From: Dicyema japonicum | Taxonomy: Eukaryota > Animalia > Dicyemida | NCBI GenBank assembly: GCA_011109175.1 | Contig: RDEW01000002.1 | Coordinates: forward strand, 1,306,676 to 1,370,675 | Length of the DNA: 64,000 nt | Reading direction: 5' to 3' | Part shown: positions 44,230-57,199 of the stretch, one piece after another | Numbering within the stretch: the first letter of the stretch is position 1 | Layout of the letters: each line of letters begins with the position of its first letter | Position numbers and translations under genes: made by a program | Notes under the pieces: generated by a model | The model's input: the letters and a program-made list of their open reading frames with translations, nothing else | Database searches by the model: none | Told to the model about the DNA's origin: nothing

Positions 44230-45240
44230 TACATCATCCAGTTTACATACTCATGTCGGTAGAGATGGGTGGTGCCCACATCGTAGACGAGCCAGGTTTA
44301 CCAGGATTTCCCTAGGAAGAGAAGATTCCGATTGGTCTATTAGAGGAGAAGGTCGGCGTTGTATTTTATTATCACCGAGTCTTCGGACGGTTCTAGTAGA
44401 AACATAATCGTGTATCTGTTTCAAACGACCGTGGTCATTAGTGTAGAAAGGGATGGATGAAAGCATTCGAGACAGGTCACGTTGTCATAATTTTTCTTTC
44501 TTTTAGAAGTCTTCATAGAGAGTGACATGGATCGTCTGGGATAGAGGTTGGGAGAGGAACTGCAGAGCTCTCATTTCCAAATGTTCTCCAATGGGAAAGA
44601 TTTTTAATTTTCAGTGATTATCAATATGGGTTTATTTAAGACATCCGGTAATGGTCTGAGCGCGATGCTTTTTTTCAATTTATTTGTAGTTTGTCAAGTT
44701 GAGGGAGGCAGAAATCGAAAAACAAGGTTCGAATGAATTGTTTATGATGGTTAGGTCCTCGACCGAAAGAACAGCCTGACAAAGTTTTCAGTATGTTGAT
44801 TTTGCGAGAGGCCTTTGTGCATTATTCCTTCACATGTTTCGAGAAAATCAAGTGTTAGTCGAAAATTACTCCATGTATTTTTGGATGTTTCCTTACTAAA
44901 AGTAATTGTCCACTAATTTTAAAATTGGCTAAAAATTTGATGTGAATAAAGTGACAGTGAATTTCAACGGAGAAGGAGATAGTTGATTTGCTCCAAGCCA
45001 CTTTTCAAGAGAATTTAAGTGGTTATGGACATCATTTGTTGCTTCGTTAGCGTCATTATCTTAGAGACGATAATCTGTTCATCCGCATATGATAAGACAG
45101 GTCTCTTGGAATATCGCTTAGGTGCAAGTTGAATAAGGTGGGAGACAAAACTGAGCTTGAGGAAATCTACTTGAAAAAAATCGGTAGTGAGATAAACAAG
45201 ACATAATTTCAGCCTAACCTAGTCTTCCAGATAGGAATTT
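44230..45240 (-). mobile_element. I-group LINE RT and C-terminus remnant
   Basis: SYADEQII, AWSKSTISFS, LPREILVNLARLRCGHHPSL. Confidence 0.8.
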
Positions 45241-45469
45241 CGTTAACTAATTATGAAGACTTAGAGGAATTCGAGATGTAAGATTTTTTTAGAACTCACC
45301 TTGATGTTCTATCATACGGATTGGTTAGATAAATCAATGCAAGGATTGTACGTTTGGGAGTATTGTAATTATTTAATTCATCATATTAGAATGAGCGAAC
45401 AAAATTAATTTAATTAGTAATAATTTGATATTATAAAATTTAAATTAAATAGAGTAAATAATAACTATT

Positions 45470-46073
45470 ATGGGTGTTATTGGGAAGAATTCGAATCAAA
45501 TTAGTGGTAGTTGGAGATGGTGGATGTGGAAAGACATGTTTATTGTTACAAATGGCAGGACAGGGTTATAACCATAACTATATACCAACAGTATTTGAAA
45601 ACTATGTTCGTGAATCAGAATTTGTGGGAAGAAGGTAAGACTAATATTAATGTTTTTGGTTGAAATGGCTCTATGGGACACAGCAGGACAGGAAGATTAC
45701 GATCGACTACGTCCACTATCATATCCTGACACTGATGTATTCCTTATATGCTTTTCAATTGAGAGTCTTGAATCTCTCGAGAATGTATCTACTAAGTGGG
45801 CTCAAGAGGTAATGGTATGCATATATATAGATTGAGAGATATCGTGGTCGTAAGCCTTTTATATTGGTTGGTACTAAAAGTGATTTGAGGAATGGTCCTG
45901 GAACATTGGTTAGTAAAGATCAAGCAATAAAACTTTCTGAACAAATCCATGCATATAGTTACGTTGAATGTTCCGCAAAAGATGGTACTGGCATTGAAGA
46001 ACTCCATGATCTTGCTGTACGTATTTCAAAGCAAAATTCATCCAAAGTAAATAAAATGTGCTCTCTTATTTGA
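45470..46073 (+). CDS. Rho-like: Rho-family small GTPase (apparent 5' frame defects: sequence errors or pseudogene)
   Basis: [59 protein letters not shown] and the CAAX box CSLI. Confidence 0.88.
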
Positions 46074-46409
46074 CATTTAACTGTTATACGGAATTATTAA
46101 TCTTTAATACTTTTAAGGAATTTACATTATTAATATAAGAGTTTACAAAATAGGAGACATTCTTAATTTGCATTACTAAACAACTGAGAATATTCATTAT
46201 AAGGAAAGGTTGTAGAATTATCATAGACATCCTACACTTTCGATTGAACACTTAGTATAAAGAGGAAGTGGGTGCCTAAGATTGGAAGATGATAATGCGT
46301 CGTGGTTAAATAATTGATGCTAAGTTACTTCAAAGATTTGGTTAACATTACCGATAAAATATACATTTTAAGTAAGCATTGTTACCACTTTTAATTAGAC
46401 TAATATATT

Positions 46410-46520
46410 ACAGTAAACTTCCTAATCTGCTGCTTTTCGAATCCGCTTGTTTTAATCGAAAATATAGAATTTCCTATGGACAATTCTCGAATCCGCCTTT
46501 AAAAATGGAGTTTTTCCCCA
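46410..46520 (+). mobile_element. pogo/Tigger-like 5' terminus
   Basis: TA followed by cagtaaac; similar to 48049-48140 (gaatccgc repeats). Confidence 0.55.
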
Positions 46521-46799
46521 AAATACAGGTCGGACTGTGTCACATTTTGGTTAATCGAATAGATGAAAATAACTCTTCCGTCTACAAGATTTCTTAATAA
46601 AATAACAGGAATGTTTTCTGAGATTCATCTATTTTCTTCAGTTTTCTTTGTGATAATAGTGTATCCGACTTGCTGTGCTCCTTGTGTGTATTTTTTATGT
46701 AGAATTTTATCAAGTTGTTCACATCTCTTTGAACATAATCCTCAGATTAAATTTCATCATTTTTTGCCACGTTTAGAATAGGTTTCCATACTTCTCCTG

Positions 46800-48010
46800 T
46801 AGTACGATTTCAATTTATTGTTGTAAGCACACGATTCCGCTTTAACCTCTGGACCCTGAGCTTTTTGGCCATATTTCATTATTCAATTCTCTGATCAATA
46901 GTTTCATTTCAGGGGTGATCCGGTTAGATTTTTTAAGTTTATTTATTTCTTGAATCAAGGTCGTCTTTCCTCGACTAATTTTAATTAATGTTAGAAATAG
47001 CCATTGATTTTGCTTCTAAGATTATGGGGGTAAAGTACTGATAGCCTTATCCAGAGAAATGAAGCTATCCAAGTAACAATTCTTCATTTTGTCTTACGGG
47101 ATTCCGCGATGCAATTTCCAGTTAGCACCTTTTTAATTGTGGCTGTTAGGAATAATCCTCAAGTTGGACTCTCTTTTGATCTTCACAAAAGTCGGATTAT
47201 GGTGGCTTCCTGTTTCGTATAAGACTGCTCAATCAATTTTTGATGAAAGCGACGATAAGTAGAGTGTTAAGTCCGGTGAGGTGAGCATATTTGTCTCTCT
47301 GAGAAGTGTCCTTGTATTTCTCGATGGATTATTAAATATTGTTAGGGCGTCCTTTTGCGACAACAATAGTTTCCCTATCGTATCAGCTAGTTGAGTTCAC
47401 AGCCATAAGGATTCAGATTCCCGTAGATGAAGATCTCATCGAAGGAAACCAGTCTTAATAGGTTTGCCATAGCATAGCTCTTAGGGCAGGAACCAGGGGG
47501 CGGAACATAGATATTCACAGGCATAGTCTTCCTTTCGTTGTCCCGAGCGAGATTCCAATTATTTCTGTTACATCATCATCCCAAACAAGTTGCTTCACTT
47601 CCGAGATGTCTCTGCATTTCAAGTTCTTTTTGAATAGAGTAACCAGACATCCACCTCTTCTCTTTTTACGATTCATCCTGATAGCCTTGTATCCGTGGAA
47701 TGTAGGGGTATGGTCATAAAAAAGAGTTTGGTCTCATGAATCATAGCCACGTTGATCTTATGACTTGCCAGGAGTGAGCGGAGTTTCCTGATTTTTCCTT
47801 TAATTCCATTTATGTTGGAGACCAGTAAAGTGCTTTTCTCTTAGATGGCCTGAAGATTTCTTCCGGAAAAGTTTGATCTTCCGCGAAATTCATTGCACAG
47901 GGGCGAGAATGTCCCCGGGAGAGTGGGGTCTAAAAGTCCTTTTTCGGTGGGCATTAGGTGCCCCTGAGGGTTTCCAAATTCTTTTGAATTGTTGGACCAC
48001 ATAACGTCAC
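46800..48010 (-). mobile_element. APE half and short leader of the LINE family seen at 37850
   Basis: The reverse complement aligns to 37920-38830 at high nucleotide similarity. Confidence 0.85.
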
Positions 48011-48048
48011 ACTAAAATATAATGAATATAATATTAGACTAATATATT

Positions 48049-48460
48049 ACAGTCAAACCTCCCGCTGCTTCGAGAATCCGCTTTATTAATCGAAAATTTA
48101 GAATATCCTCTGGACAATTTTAGAATCCGCTCTTTATTAATATTGAAAATTTTTTGTATTTAATTGTAAGCTAAATTAATGAATATTTTAATTACATGCA
48201 AAATTGTTTTTCGTTGTGCTATTCCTTCTGTCAACGAAAAAATTACAATTCTTCGCTATATGTCTGAAAACATGTCAGTTTCTGCGCCTCAAATTTCCAG
48301 GATTTTTTCTTCCAGGCTGAAAAAGACGATTTCTAAATTAGAATCCGACCTTTTGAATAGACTGATATAAAAACATTAATCACAAGAATTCCAAAACTAA
48401 AATTCAATGAAATTGATGAAATGATTGCATGGATTAATGAGGATGAAACTTGAGTTTTTT
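48049..48460 (+). mobile_element. pogo/Tigger-like 5' end with HTH remnant
   Basis: TA-cagtcaaacctc terminus; PSVNEKITILRYM and KFNEIDE remnants. Confidence 0.6.
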
Positions 48461-48719
48461 TACGGGGAAATTCCTTCTAAAAGTGTATGCATTAAATCGA
48501 AGCCTAAAATAAAGTTTTCGAAGGATTGATTTTCATTTTTTTGAAAATCGTTCCGATGCGGATAAAGAATATCTGTGATGAAAGGAAGATAAAAAATCCT
48601 AGGTGTTTCAAAAATTTTAACATTAGAAATTATATTCTTAAACATCTTCTAACAAAGCATGGATGGACTGTGAAATTTTAACAAATGGTTGAGTGATTAA
48701 GAATAGATTTAGATATGTT

Positions 48720-50955
48720 CGTGCCCCTGTCTGAATACACTGGTCTCTTTTTGCCAGGATTATGTCGTCAGCATAAGCGAGGATCAGAGTATCGTTGCTG
48801 CTATGGGAAGGCGCGTAATAAATTGTTTTTTTAATATTATTATTAATTTGACTTACTTAATTTATCCTTATCATGTAGCATTTTTGGTTGAGCTGGTGAC
48901 GTGGCTCTATTGCACACATGTCTTTTTCGTGCTTTTCTTCGGGATCTTTCACTATTAGCTCGTTCAATGTAAGAGGATTAAAGTCGGATACTAAAAGAAG
49001 AAATTTATGCGTGGATCTTGGATCGTACAAGGTAACTGTGGCGTGCTTACAGGAAACGAAAGTAAAAGGCGGACTAGATGAAATCAACAATGATTTCCGC
49101 CTGATTCTGCACCCTTCGAATTGCCCACATTACGGCATGGGATTTGCAATACAAAAAGAACTGAACAATCGAATCCACAAGACGTGGAGGGTGAGCGATA
49201 GAATATGTGTTTTACAATTAAAATACGGTGAAAGGAACAATTCCATAATCTCCATTATTAATGTATATGCACCAACTTCGGTGAGAGTATCAATCAATGG
49301 AGAGCTATCAAAATTCATTGAGAGAAAAGATCAACAGTGGAATAATGAAAAAATGCCTGGGGAGCTGTGGCAAGACACCATCGATGCAATAAAGTGCGCG
49401 GCCCATTCAACAGTTGGAGTAAAACCGAAGCATTTCAACGGGCACTATGACTACGAGCTTGAAAAATTATCCAAATTGCAGAGGAACCTACGTTTACAGG
49501 TCGAAACCTGTCAGGACCAGGCAAAGGAACACACTCTAAGAGTCATGTGGAACCAAACCCTGTATAAAATGAAGAAAAGAACGAGGGAAATAAAGGAAAA
49601 TTAACTTGCTGGAATGGCTAAAGAAGTAGAAAGACTCAAAAACGAAGCGCTAAAGGCCCCTTAACGAATTTAAGACCCATCGTACTATTGACGACTCTAC
49701 GCAAGACACTATCACTTATAGTGCTGAACAGGATTGGATCTGACATCGAGAACTTTCTCTCTCACGGTCAAAGCGGATTCAGGTCAGGGAGATCTACAGC
49801 TGATGTGGTCTTGGGACATCAATTGCTTTGTGCAACACATCAAAAGTATAAGGGGGCTATTGGCATCCTTGGCATAGACATGTCCAAAGCCTTTGACTCT
49901 ATACACAGAAAGAGACTTTTGGATATTTTGGGAAAGTTGGTTGACGAGGACAGTGTCAGAATGATCCGCCTATTACTTGGAACAACGCAGCTAAGTGTAC
50001 GTTTTGGAAATTTGGAGTCTGTCCCATTTGAGACAACGTTCGGGGTACCGCAGGGAGATTCTTTGTCACCGGTACTTTTTGTGACATATCTGGAGGCGGC
50101 ACTCAGAGACTTCAGACTATTAATTGGCGATCTACCTCAAACTGAAGTGATTTATGCAGATGATATCGACTTTATATCCAACGACGAGAAAACATTAAAC
50201 TATATACGGACAAGGATGCCAGATGTCCTAGAAAAATGGTTCATCAAAATCAATACGGAAAAGACGGAGACAACTACCATACGCCGTGAACTAACCCGAA
50301 CTGATGAAAAATGGAGATACTGTAAAAAATTGGGGTCGTTGCTCGGAGACGCTGAGGATATCACTAACAGGAAGATGTTGGCCGTCGCGGCCTTTAGAAA
50401 AATGGGAGTAGTCTGGAATCATCGTAAACAAATTAGCACACAATTACGTGTGAGACTATAATGCCTTCGTGAAACCAGTCCTAATGTACAACGCTGCAAC
50501 CTGGGGTGTCTCAGAAGCGGTAATGGACAAACTAGATGCCTTCCATCGTAAGCAACTCCGACTGTTGCTTGGCATCAACTGGCCAAAAAAATTACAAACA
50601 AAAATCTATACAAAGTATGTAATACAAGACCATTGAGTCTGGATATCCTGGAATCAAGATGGCGTCTGTTTGGTCACATCCTTCGAATGAGCCAGATGAC
50701 GCCTGCTAAAATATCAATGGATAACTATTTCTGCCCAGAAGTGAATACCTCGTTCCGTGGAAGACCTCGCATAACTTTGCCAGAGGTTCTACACAAGGAC
50801 CTGACCAATGTAGGACGAAAGCTGAAAACTGGAGATGATCTGGATACGCTCGGAATAACTGCCTGTAACCGCGGAGCATGGAGGAAGTTGTCAAGAGAAT
50901 TGTACAAGAAAAAATAACCTAAAGAAAAATACGGCACAAGCGGAACCTTAATTAA
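48720..50955 (+). mobile_element. RTE-like LINE with internal deletions
   Basis: SFNVRGL, CLQETK, INVYAPT; RT DMSKAFD, GVPQGDSLSP, YADDI, RWRLFGHILRM. The 3' end ggcacaag.ggaac matches 34850-34870. Confidence 0.92.
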
Positions 50956-50979
50956 ATAAATTACATTTTTGGTTCTTCG

Positions 50980-51390
50980 AAAGTTCTATTAATAATAATA
51001 TCATGTAGCAATAAGAGTTGCACTTTTCTCCACCATTGTTGAAGAAAAAATTACGGTCTTGTATAAGACACAACAATACTTCGGATCTTGGAGAATTACG
51101 GAAAAAATTGAGAAACACTTTTATGTTCATTTGATTGTTATCAGCATCGAGATGATCTCCAAATGGGCATAAGATAGAAATGTGGAGCGTGTGTTAAATT
51201 AGTAAAGGGGATACCTTCACGAACAAGTGTCATAACCCCTCCCCATTTTTTCCTTAGTACGGTCCATGCGAATGGATGAGTATTTCAATGAATTGTGGAG
51301 TAAGACGTGATAATGGTGACAATAGAATTTCTTGTATTAAAGCAATACCACATCATATCTTTTAATATTTAGCTTTTCGAGCTCACATTA
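50980..51390 (-). mobile_element. R4-like remnant
   Basis: NSPRSEVLLCLIQDRNFFF matches NSPRSEALYTYMQDR..NIF of ORF 19576-20085. Confidence 0.65.
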
Positions 51391-51394
51391 TTTA

Positions 51395-52530
51395 GGACCA
51401 GACAACATAACCACATGTGAACTGAAGCACCTAGGCCATCGAGCCCTGAAACTATTAGCCTATATATCCAACCTATCCATTAACATGAATACATTCCCTG
51501 AAATATGGAAGAAATCTCCAATCAAACATATTCGAAAACCTAACCAATAAATAAACCATTTTCCTATCACCCAATATCTATTCTGAGTCCGGTCTCAAGG
51601 ATCCTTGAAAGGCTTGTTCTGGAAAAAGCACAAGACTCAATCTCAATACTTTCGACCCAGCACGGATTCCAGCGTAATTATTCGACCATACACACCTCAC
51701 AGCCCTCACCCAATTCATTGCGAAAGGATTCAACTCCCCCAAACCCCATAAAAGAACAGTACTTATATCCGTAAACATCACAAAGCGTTCGATTCAGTCC
51801 CCAAGAAACTCCTTACAAAGAAGATATTTGAACAACATCAAATCAAGATTTCGCTACTTTCCAAATGGAGTACCCCAAGGCTCCCCACTGTCACCCCAAC
51901 TCTTCAATCTCTACAAAACGAAATGCCACAAATCTGTAAAATCCTTATGAAGAACAAGATTATTCTTATTAACAAAACACCGAAGATTTTGGAAAGTCAC
52001 TTTTGATCAGGGACTCTCATTTATCCGACATGTTGAGAACAAAGAAACTTTTGCTCTGAAGAAAATGAGAATTTTAAAAGTGCTCTCAAAAACTCTTAGA
52101 GACCAAACTGGGAGCCTAGTCACGGTTTATTAACATTTATCCGACCCACGATGACGAATGCAAGTCCTTCGTGGGCAATGCAGATTTCACGATCCTCCAC
52201 ACTGAAACTATCCGCAATCGAGGAGACTACAACAAGGTTAATTGGACAAGGACATAAATCCAGCCCAATGAAAACTTCTTAATCGAATTACAACAGAAAC
52301 TTTTAAAGGCGGCTAGTTTACCGAGCTGCCCTCTGTCCCATACACTATCGAAATATCTACAATCATGCAGAAAGTTTAACCTATGCCGTGTCTGATGAAA
52401 AGAGCTGTATAGGATTCTCAACCCCTCCGGACTCGTCGTCTCTCTTGTCGGTCTGGGATCACTTAGTTAGTTGAGAAAGTTTATTTCTTTCTAACGTTTA
52501 CCCCCAATGATCCTGGGGGTAATTTTATTT
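51395..52530 (+). mobile_element. Degenerate APE-RT LINE (RT to 3' end)
   Basis: GPDNITTCELKHLG, QHGFQ, KAFDSVP, NGVPQGSPLSPQLFNLY; 3' stem at 52452-52520. Confidence 0.8.
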
Positions 52531-53220
52531 ACTTTATTAAACCCGAAATCACTAGAAAGAGGATAAAAGTTATCGTCTAATTATTGATCCAGGTGTCCAT
52601 ACCAGTCCTTTTCCTGCTGTTAGTTTTGGAGTCCTGGATTAATCTCCACAGCGGGGAAGGTTTCTTCTCATATCTCGGGCAGGTGTCCAGATATAGTTTA
52701 TGTCCGGCCAGAGGGAATGGTCAGGGGACTTTGCTATCTTGAGGAAGTCCGGGTGACGTTCCGTAAGGTATTCCAAGATTGAAGGAAGCTTAGTGTTCTC
52801 CATAGTAACGAAATTTACGTCTTTTTTGACGATCTCAATAGTATTCTGAGACATCGGTTTTGTAAAACATCCAGCTTGCTCTGTGCGATAGTGATAACGG
52901 GGCAATCAATACGTAGGCGTACTCGATACTCGGTAGAACAAATTGTTTGTACAGAAGTACTAACGATATTGGAGAGTGAATTTTCTTTTGGATTAGTCCA
53001 CTTGATGGGTAAATGTGAGTAGGAGATCCAGGATGACTCCAGGGATTGAAAGGGTCATGTTAATAGGAAGCGGGGAGTAATAATGTTATTCGTTGTGTTG
53101 CCCGTAATTCTTTTAGTGCTGAGGTAAACGTAATTACATGTGACTTTCCTGATGATATTTTCAGACGGTTCTTCAGGAACTTCTTCAGGAACCAAAGACC
53201 CATCAGGTTTAGTAGATCTT
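52530..53220 (-). mobile_element. Degenerate LINE 3' half, tail-to-tail with the previous element
   Basis: GVILDLLLTF, LLYKQFVLPSIEYA, LDVLQNRCLRIL; 3' stem at 52540-52595. Confidence 0.75.
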
Positions 53221-53689
53221 GCATGGACCGACAACATAACCACACGAGTGATCATGTGGGTAATAATAATAATAATAATTTTAGTGTTAGGTATTCCGAT
53301 GGGTCCAGGTTGTACGTCTCCGAAAATGGCAAGAGACTCTAGGAAGAGGCTGAACCTCCCCTTGATCCTGTCGAAGAGAAGATCTACATCCAATTTTGTA
53401 ACTGAGGAGGTGATGAAATAAAAAATCAAGAATATTTAACTGGTTTCGTTAATGGGAAATCATTTATTATTAAAAATATGTTTAATAGTTACTCCAATAA
53501 TTCTATAATAAATGTCGTATAACATAAGAACCAGGGTCCATCTACGTGTCCGGGGTGATAAATCAAACTAATCACTCCAAAACATATGGTTATAGGAGTC
53601 ATTGATGAAACCAACTCATTTTTAAAAATTTTCAGGACTTTTTTACTTTAACTTTAACAACTTTATTAGCAAGGAAAATTAAAGAGGTT

Positions 53690-54340
53690 AGTTGGCCTCA
53701 TGCCGCAAGTCCTGCAAACCCTTGAACTCTTCTCTGCACTCGTTCATTTTGTGCTGCAACATACGAGTCAATGATGGCATTTCTTTTTAGGAAATTTTCC
53801 ATCCTTTTTTCTGCTGAATCTCTTATCGACATTACTAGCAAATTTTCATCTTCATCTAGCTTCTCGTCGAGCCTTTTGTGTAGGGCAATCTTGATCACTG
53901 CTTTCCTCAATTTTTCAAGAAGCAAGATAAAACGCGTTTTGTATGCAGTCTAATACCATCCTTCCACTATATAAAGGAGTGCTGGAATGATCGTACTTGA
54001 AAAAATAATTAAAAACATATCCGTTTCGAGTCGCAATTTCATTGTACAGAAAATCGCATGGTGAGCTTTTTTCCTTTTAAATTAGCACAATGTGCTCCTA
54101 GATTTCTCAAAAGCTGTTCCGAGATACTTCAGAGAGCTCACAATGTCGATTCTGCATGCGGAGTCTTTATGATTTTCTTTACCATTTTTACCGAAGAACC
54201 TCATTGCACTAGATTTTTCTTCTGACAATTTTAACCCAGTCTTTTATCTCTTCCATGTACACATTGAGTCTCCTCTCTGAGATCATGCTCGATCTCAGAG
54301 ACATCAGAAAATGAGTATATCAGTGATCTCCTACTTGGTG
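53690..54340 (-). mobile_element. LINE RT C-terminal remnant
   Basis: LNVYMEEIKDW, KLSEEKS, SSLKYLG, STIIPALLY. Confidence 0.6.
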
Positions 54341-54376
54341 TAGTCGGAAACGGGAAACCGGCCATTAGAACATTAA

Positions 54377-55075
54377 TCACACGGGTGGCTTGATGCCTAT
54401 GGGGAACCTGTTTTTTCCGTGTTTCCATGGTAACAAGATATCAATTGCTAAATTTAATTCAGTCCCGTTGTCCGAGTGTAGAATTTGACAAAGTCCATGT
54501 ATGTGAAAAAGGACTCCAAATTCAGAGGGATCTGGCATGTGTTTCTATCTCGAACTCGCAATCCAGAGGAATTACCAAATTTTTTATGTTTCCGTTCAAG
54601 AATAGTCTGAATTAAATCAGAATTAGACTTATCGTTTCTAAGCGAAAAATGTGAGGTCTTTTCTCGTACTCTCCGTTTCATTTGAGTATTTATATCTTTA
54701 GGATCGATACCACATAAGATCTGTTTAATTTTTTAATATTCGACAAGATCTCTGATATACCCCCTAAATTGAGCGTTTCATTTGAGTACTTATATTTTCA
54801 GGATCGATTCCACATAAGATCTGTTTAATTTTTTAATATTCGACAAGATCTCTGATATACCCCCTAAATTGAGACATAAAAATCACTAAAGCCATGCTGT
54901 TAAAATTAAAAGAAATCAGGTTAGTTATTTAATGAATACAGTTTGAATTAATTTTTTATTTAGAATTAATGAATTAGTTAAATGTTGTTCTTATAATAGT
55001 TACAAAAAATCATATTATGTATTATATTTTTTGTTACCACGGAAACACGTAAAAAACAGGTTGCCCATGTGACAT
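54377..55075. mobile_element. Inverted-repeat-bounded element containing a possible GIY-YIG remnant
   Basis: 54377-54437 is an inverted repeat of 55032-55075. Internal minus ORF 54454-54681 reads KRRVREK..LNLESFF. Confidence 0.45.
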
Positions 55076-55519
55076 ATTACTNAATCACTAAAGCCTTGCT
55101 GTTAAAATTAAAAGAAATCAGGTTAGTTATTTAATGAATACAGTTTGAATTAATTTTTTATTTAGAATTAATGAATTAGTTAAATGTTGTTCTTATAATA
55201 GTTACAAAAAATCATATTATGTAGTATATCTTTGGTTCTCACGGAAACACGTAAAAAACAGGTTGCCCATGTGACATATTACTCTTCGTTTTTTTAAATT
55301 TCGTCTCATTGACCATCAAGATGCAAGTAATGCTAGTTTATTATGCTTTTTCCCTAAGGATCCGGCAATCAATAGCACTATTTTTAGTCCTCGTTCCGAA
55401 AATCGGTGACCGATGTCAAGGTCTCCCATTTTTGTCCCATACTACTTCGAACACGTTTTTATACAAAATTAAAAATTTCGTTTTTCCTCCAAAAAGAGGC
55501 CGGTAACCATTTGTTTTGG

Positions 55520-55988
55520 AATGTTAAGTTTGACTTATCAGCCCAGGAATTCCACAATCGTACATTGGATGAGTTTTGTAGTTCATTAGTGAAAATGTAT
55601 CCTCGATTATCTTAAACAGCTTTATATGTGCAATGACATATTTGTGTGAATCATAATTCAGCTCTCTTTTAACAATTAGAAATAAATACAGAAATTTTCT
55701 AAATCTAAAACATGAAATTCGTATTGCGATTAGCGACAAAATCCCAAGATTCGACAAAATCATCAAAAATAAACATAAAAAAGCCAGTAATTGTTTACTT
55801 TTGTTTTTCTTATTTTTGCTTTTTTAAAGTTTATTGTGTTTGATTGTTAATTTTTTATTTTTTTATAAATTAGCAAATTTCTGGTTAAATAAAAATAATA
55901 ATAATATAAATTAAAAATGTTTTTGGGGTGCAAGAGTTTATGAAAAAAGATTTAGGAATGCGAGCTCTGAAAAGCTTGGGAACCTCTG
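55520..55988 (+). mobile_element. hAT (Buster/Charlie-like) 3' end
   Basis: YPRLS..TYLCES.FSSLLTIRNKYRNFL..IRIAIS..PRFDKII; terminus ttgggaacctctg. Confidence 0.8.
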
Positions 55989-56159
55989 CTATACGACAAT
56001 AAATAATAAAAATAACCCCAAAATACCTGCCAAACCATACCCAACAATAGATGCCCTCCAATAGAAAATTCCAGAAATACAAAAAAGTAAAAGCAATTAC
56101 TAACCAAACCCAATAGAATACCCTAAAATGCTATTTCTGTTTCCAAAATGATTTCTTCA

Positions 56160-56300
56160 ACCTGCTTTTCAAAGAATTTGAATTTCGAATGGATAGACAT
56201 AATTGAAGAAATTACAAGTTCCTATAATTCTGTCCAGCATTCAACAACTTTGCACGCTTTTTTTAAATTGATGTTCGGAGCTTCTGCCAATGAAACCATA
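56160..56300 (+). mobile_element. Retroviral-type integrase C-terminal remnant
   Basis: WIDIIEEITSSYNSVQHSTTLHAFFKLMFG fits the W..YN...HS.T...P..L.FG motif. Confidence 0.55.
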
Positions 56301-56983
56301 GATAATCATTAGTCAGAAGAGGAAATAATGAAATATTTAAGCAAATTGATTCATGAAATGAAGAAACACAAACTAAAGCAACTGAATATTTTGCATGGTT
56401 TTGGTCATAAATTGAAACTTCGAGAACAAAAGCAATTTTAAATTCAAACAACGTTGAAAGAAAAATGTTAACAAAAAAAATGTGGAAGAATGATATTTAT
56501 ATTTTTAACATCAGTGATCGAGTTGTTAAAAGGGTCTATCTCAATAATAATAAAAAAACACGAAAAAGTTGCTTAAACGAACACATTGATACATTCATAT
56601 ATCATGTTAAAAGAGTATCTGCCACAGGAATGGTTGATCTAGAAGGAGATGAAATGTGATTCAAAAAAATAGCAGAGACTTAGCGAAGCTAGAATAATTT
56701 TACAATATAATTTTTTTAATTTTTTATAATAAAAACAGTTATTATTATTTTAGAGTAAATATGATCATCAATAAAGTTGAGTTCATTATAATATCATTAG
56801 AGTTAGTTTTTAAGCTTTCAGCTTTGCATTAGAGTTAGGAAAACTTAGGGATATATATTAGAGTTATACAACGAACAGAACGTAAGAAAACTAACAATTT
56901 GACGAGACACAGCTGTAATACACAATTTAATTTGAAATAGCAAAAATCACCAATGTAACTAAGAGAAAAAGTATTCATTAAGT

Positions 56984-57030
56984 CAGGGATGTCGAACTCA
57001 ATTCCCTTTGAGGGCCGCATTGACAAGCTG
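56984..57030 (+). mobile_element. hAT-like 5' terminal inverted repeat
   Basis: cagggatgtcgaactca..gagggccgca. Confidence 0.45.
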
Positions 57031-57199
57031 ATAGTCGGATCGATATACTGGTTAGAGATGCTCCAATGCCGAGTTGTAAGTAAATTAATAGTAGCATGTC
57101 TATTGAATATCGATTTTTTAACGGTTCGTATTCAACCGTATCTCATTCTGAACCGGTCACAATAAATATCTATTGTCTCATTTAATTTTGTGAATTTTT

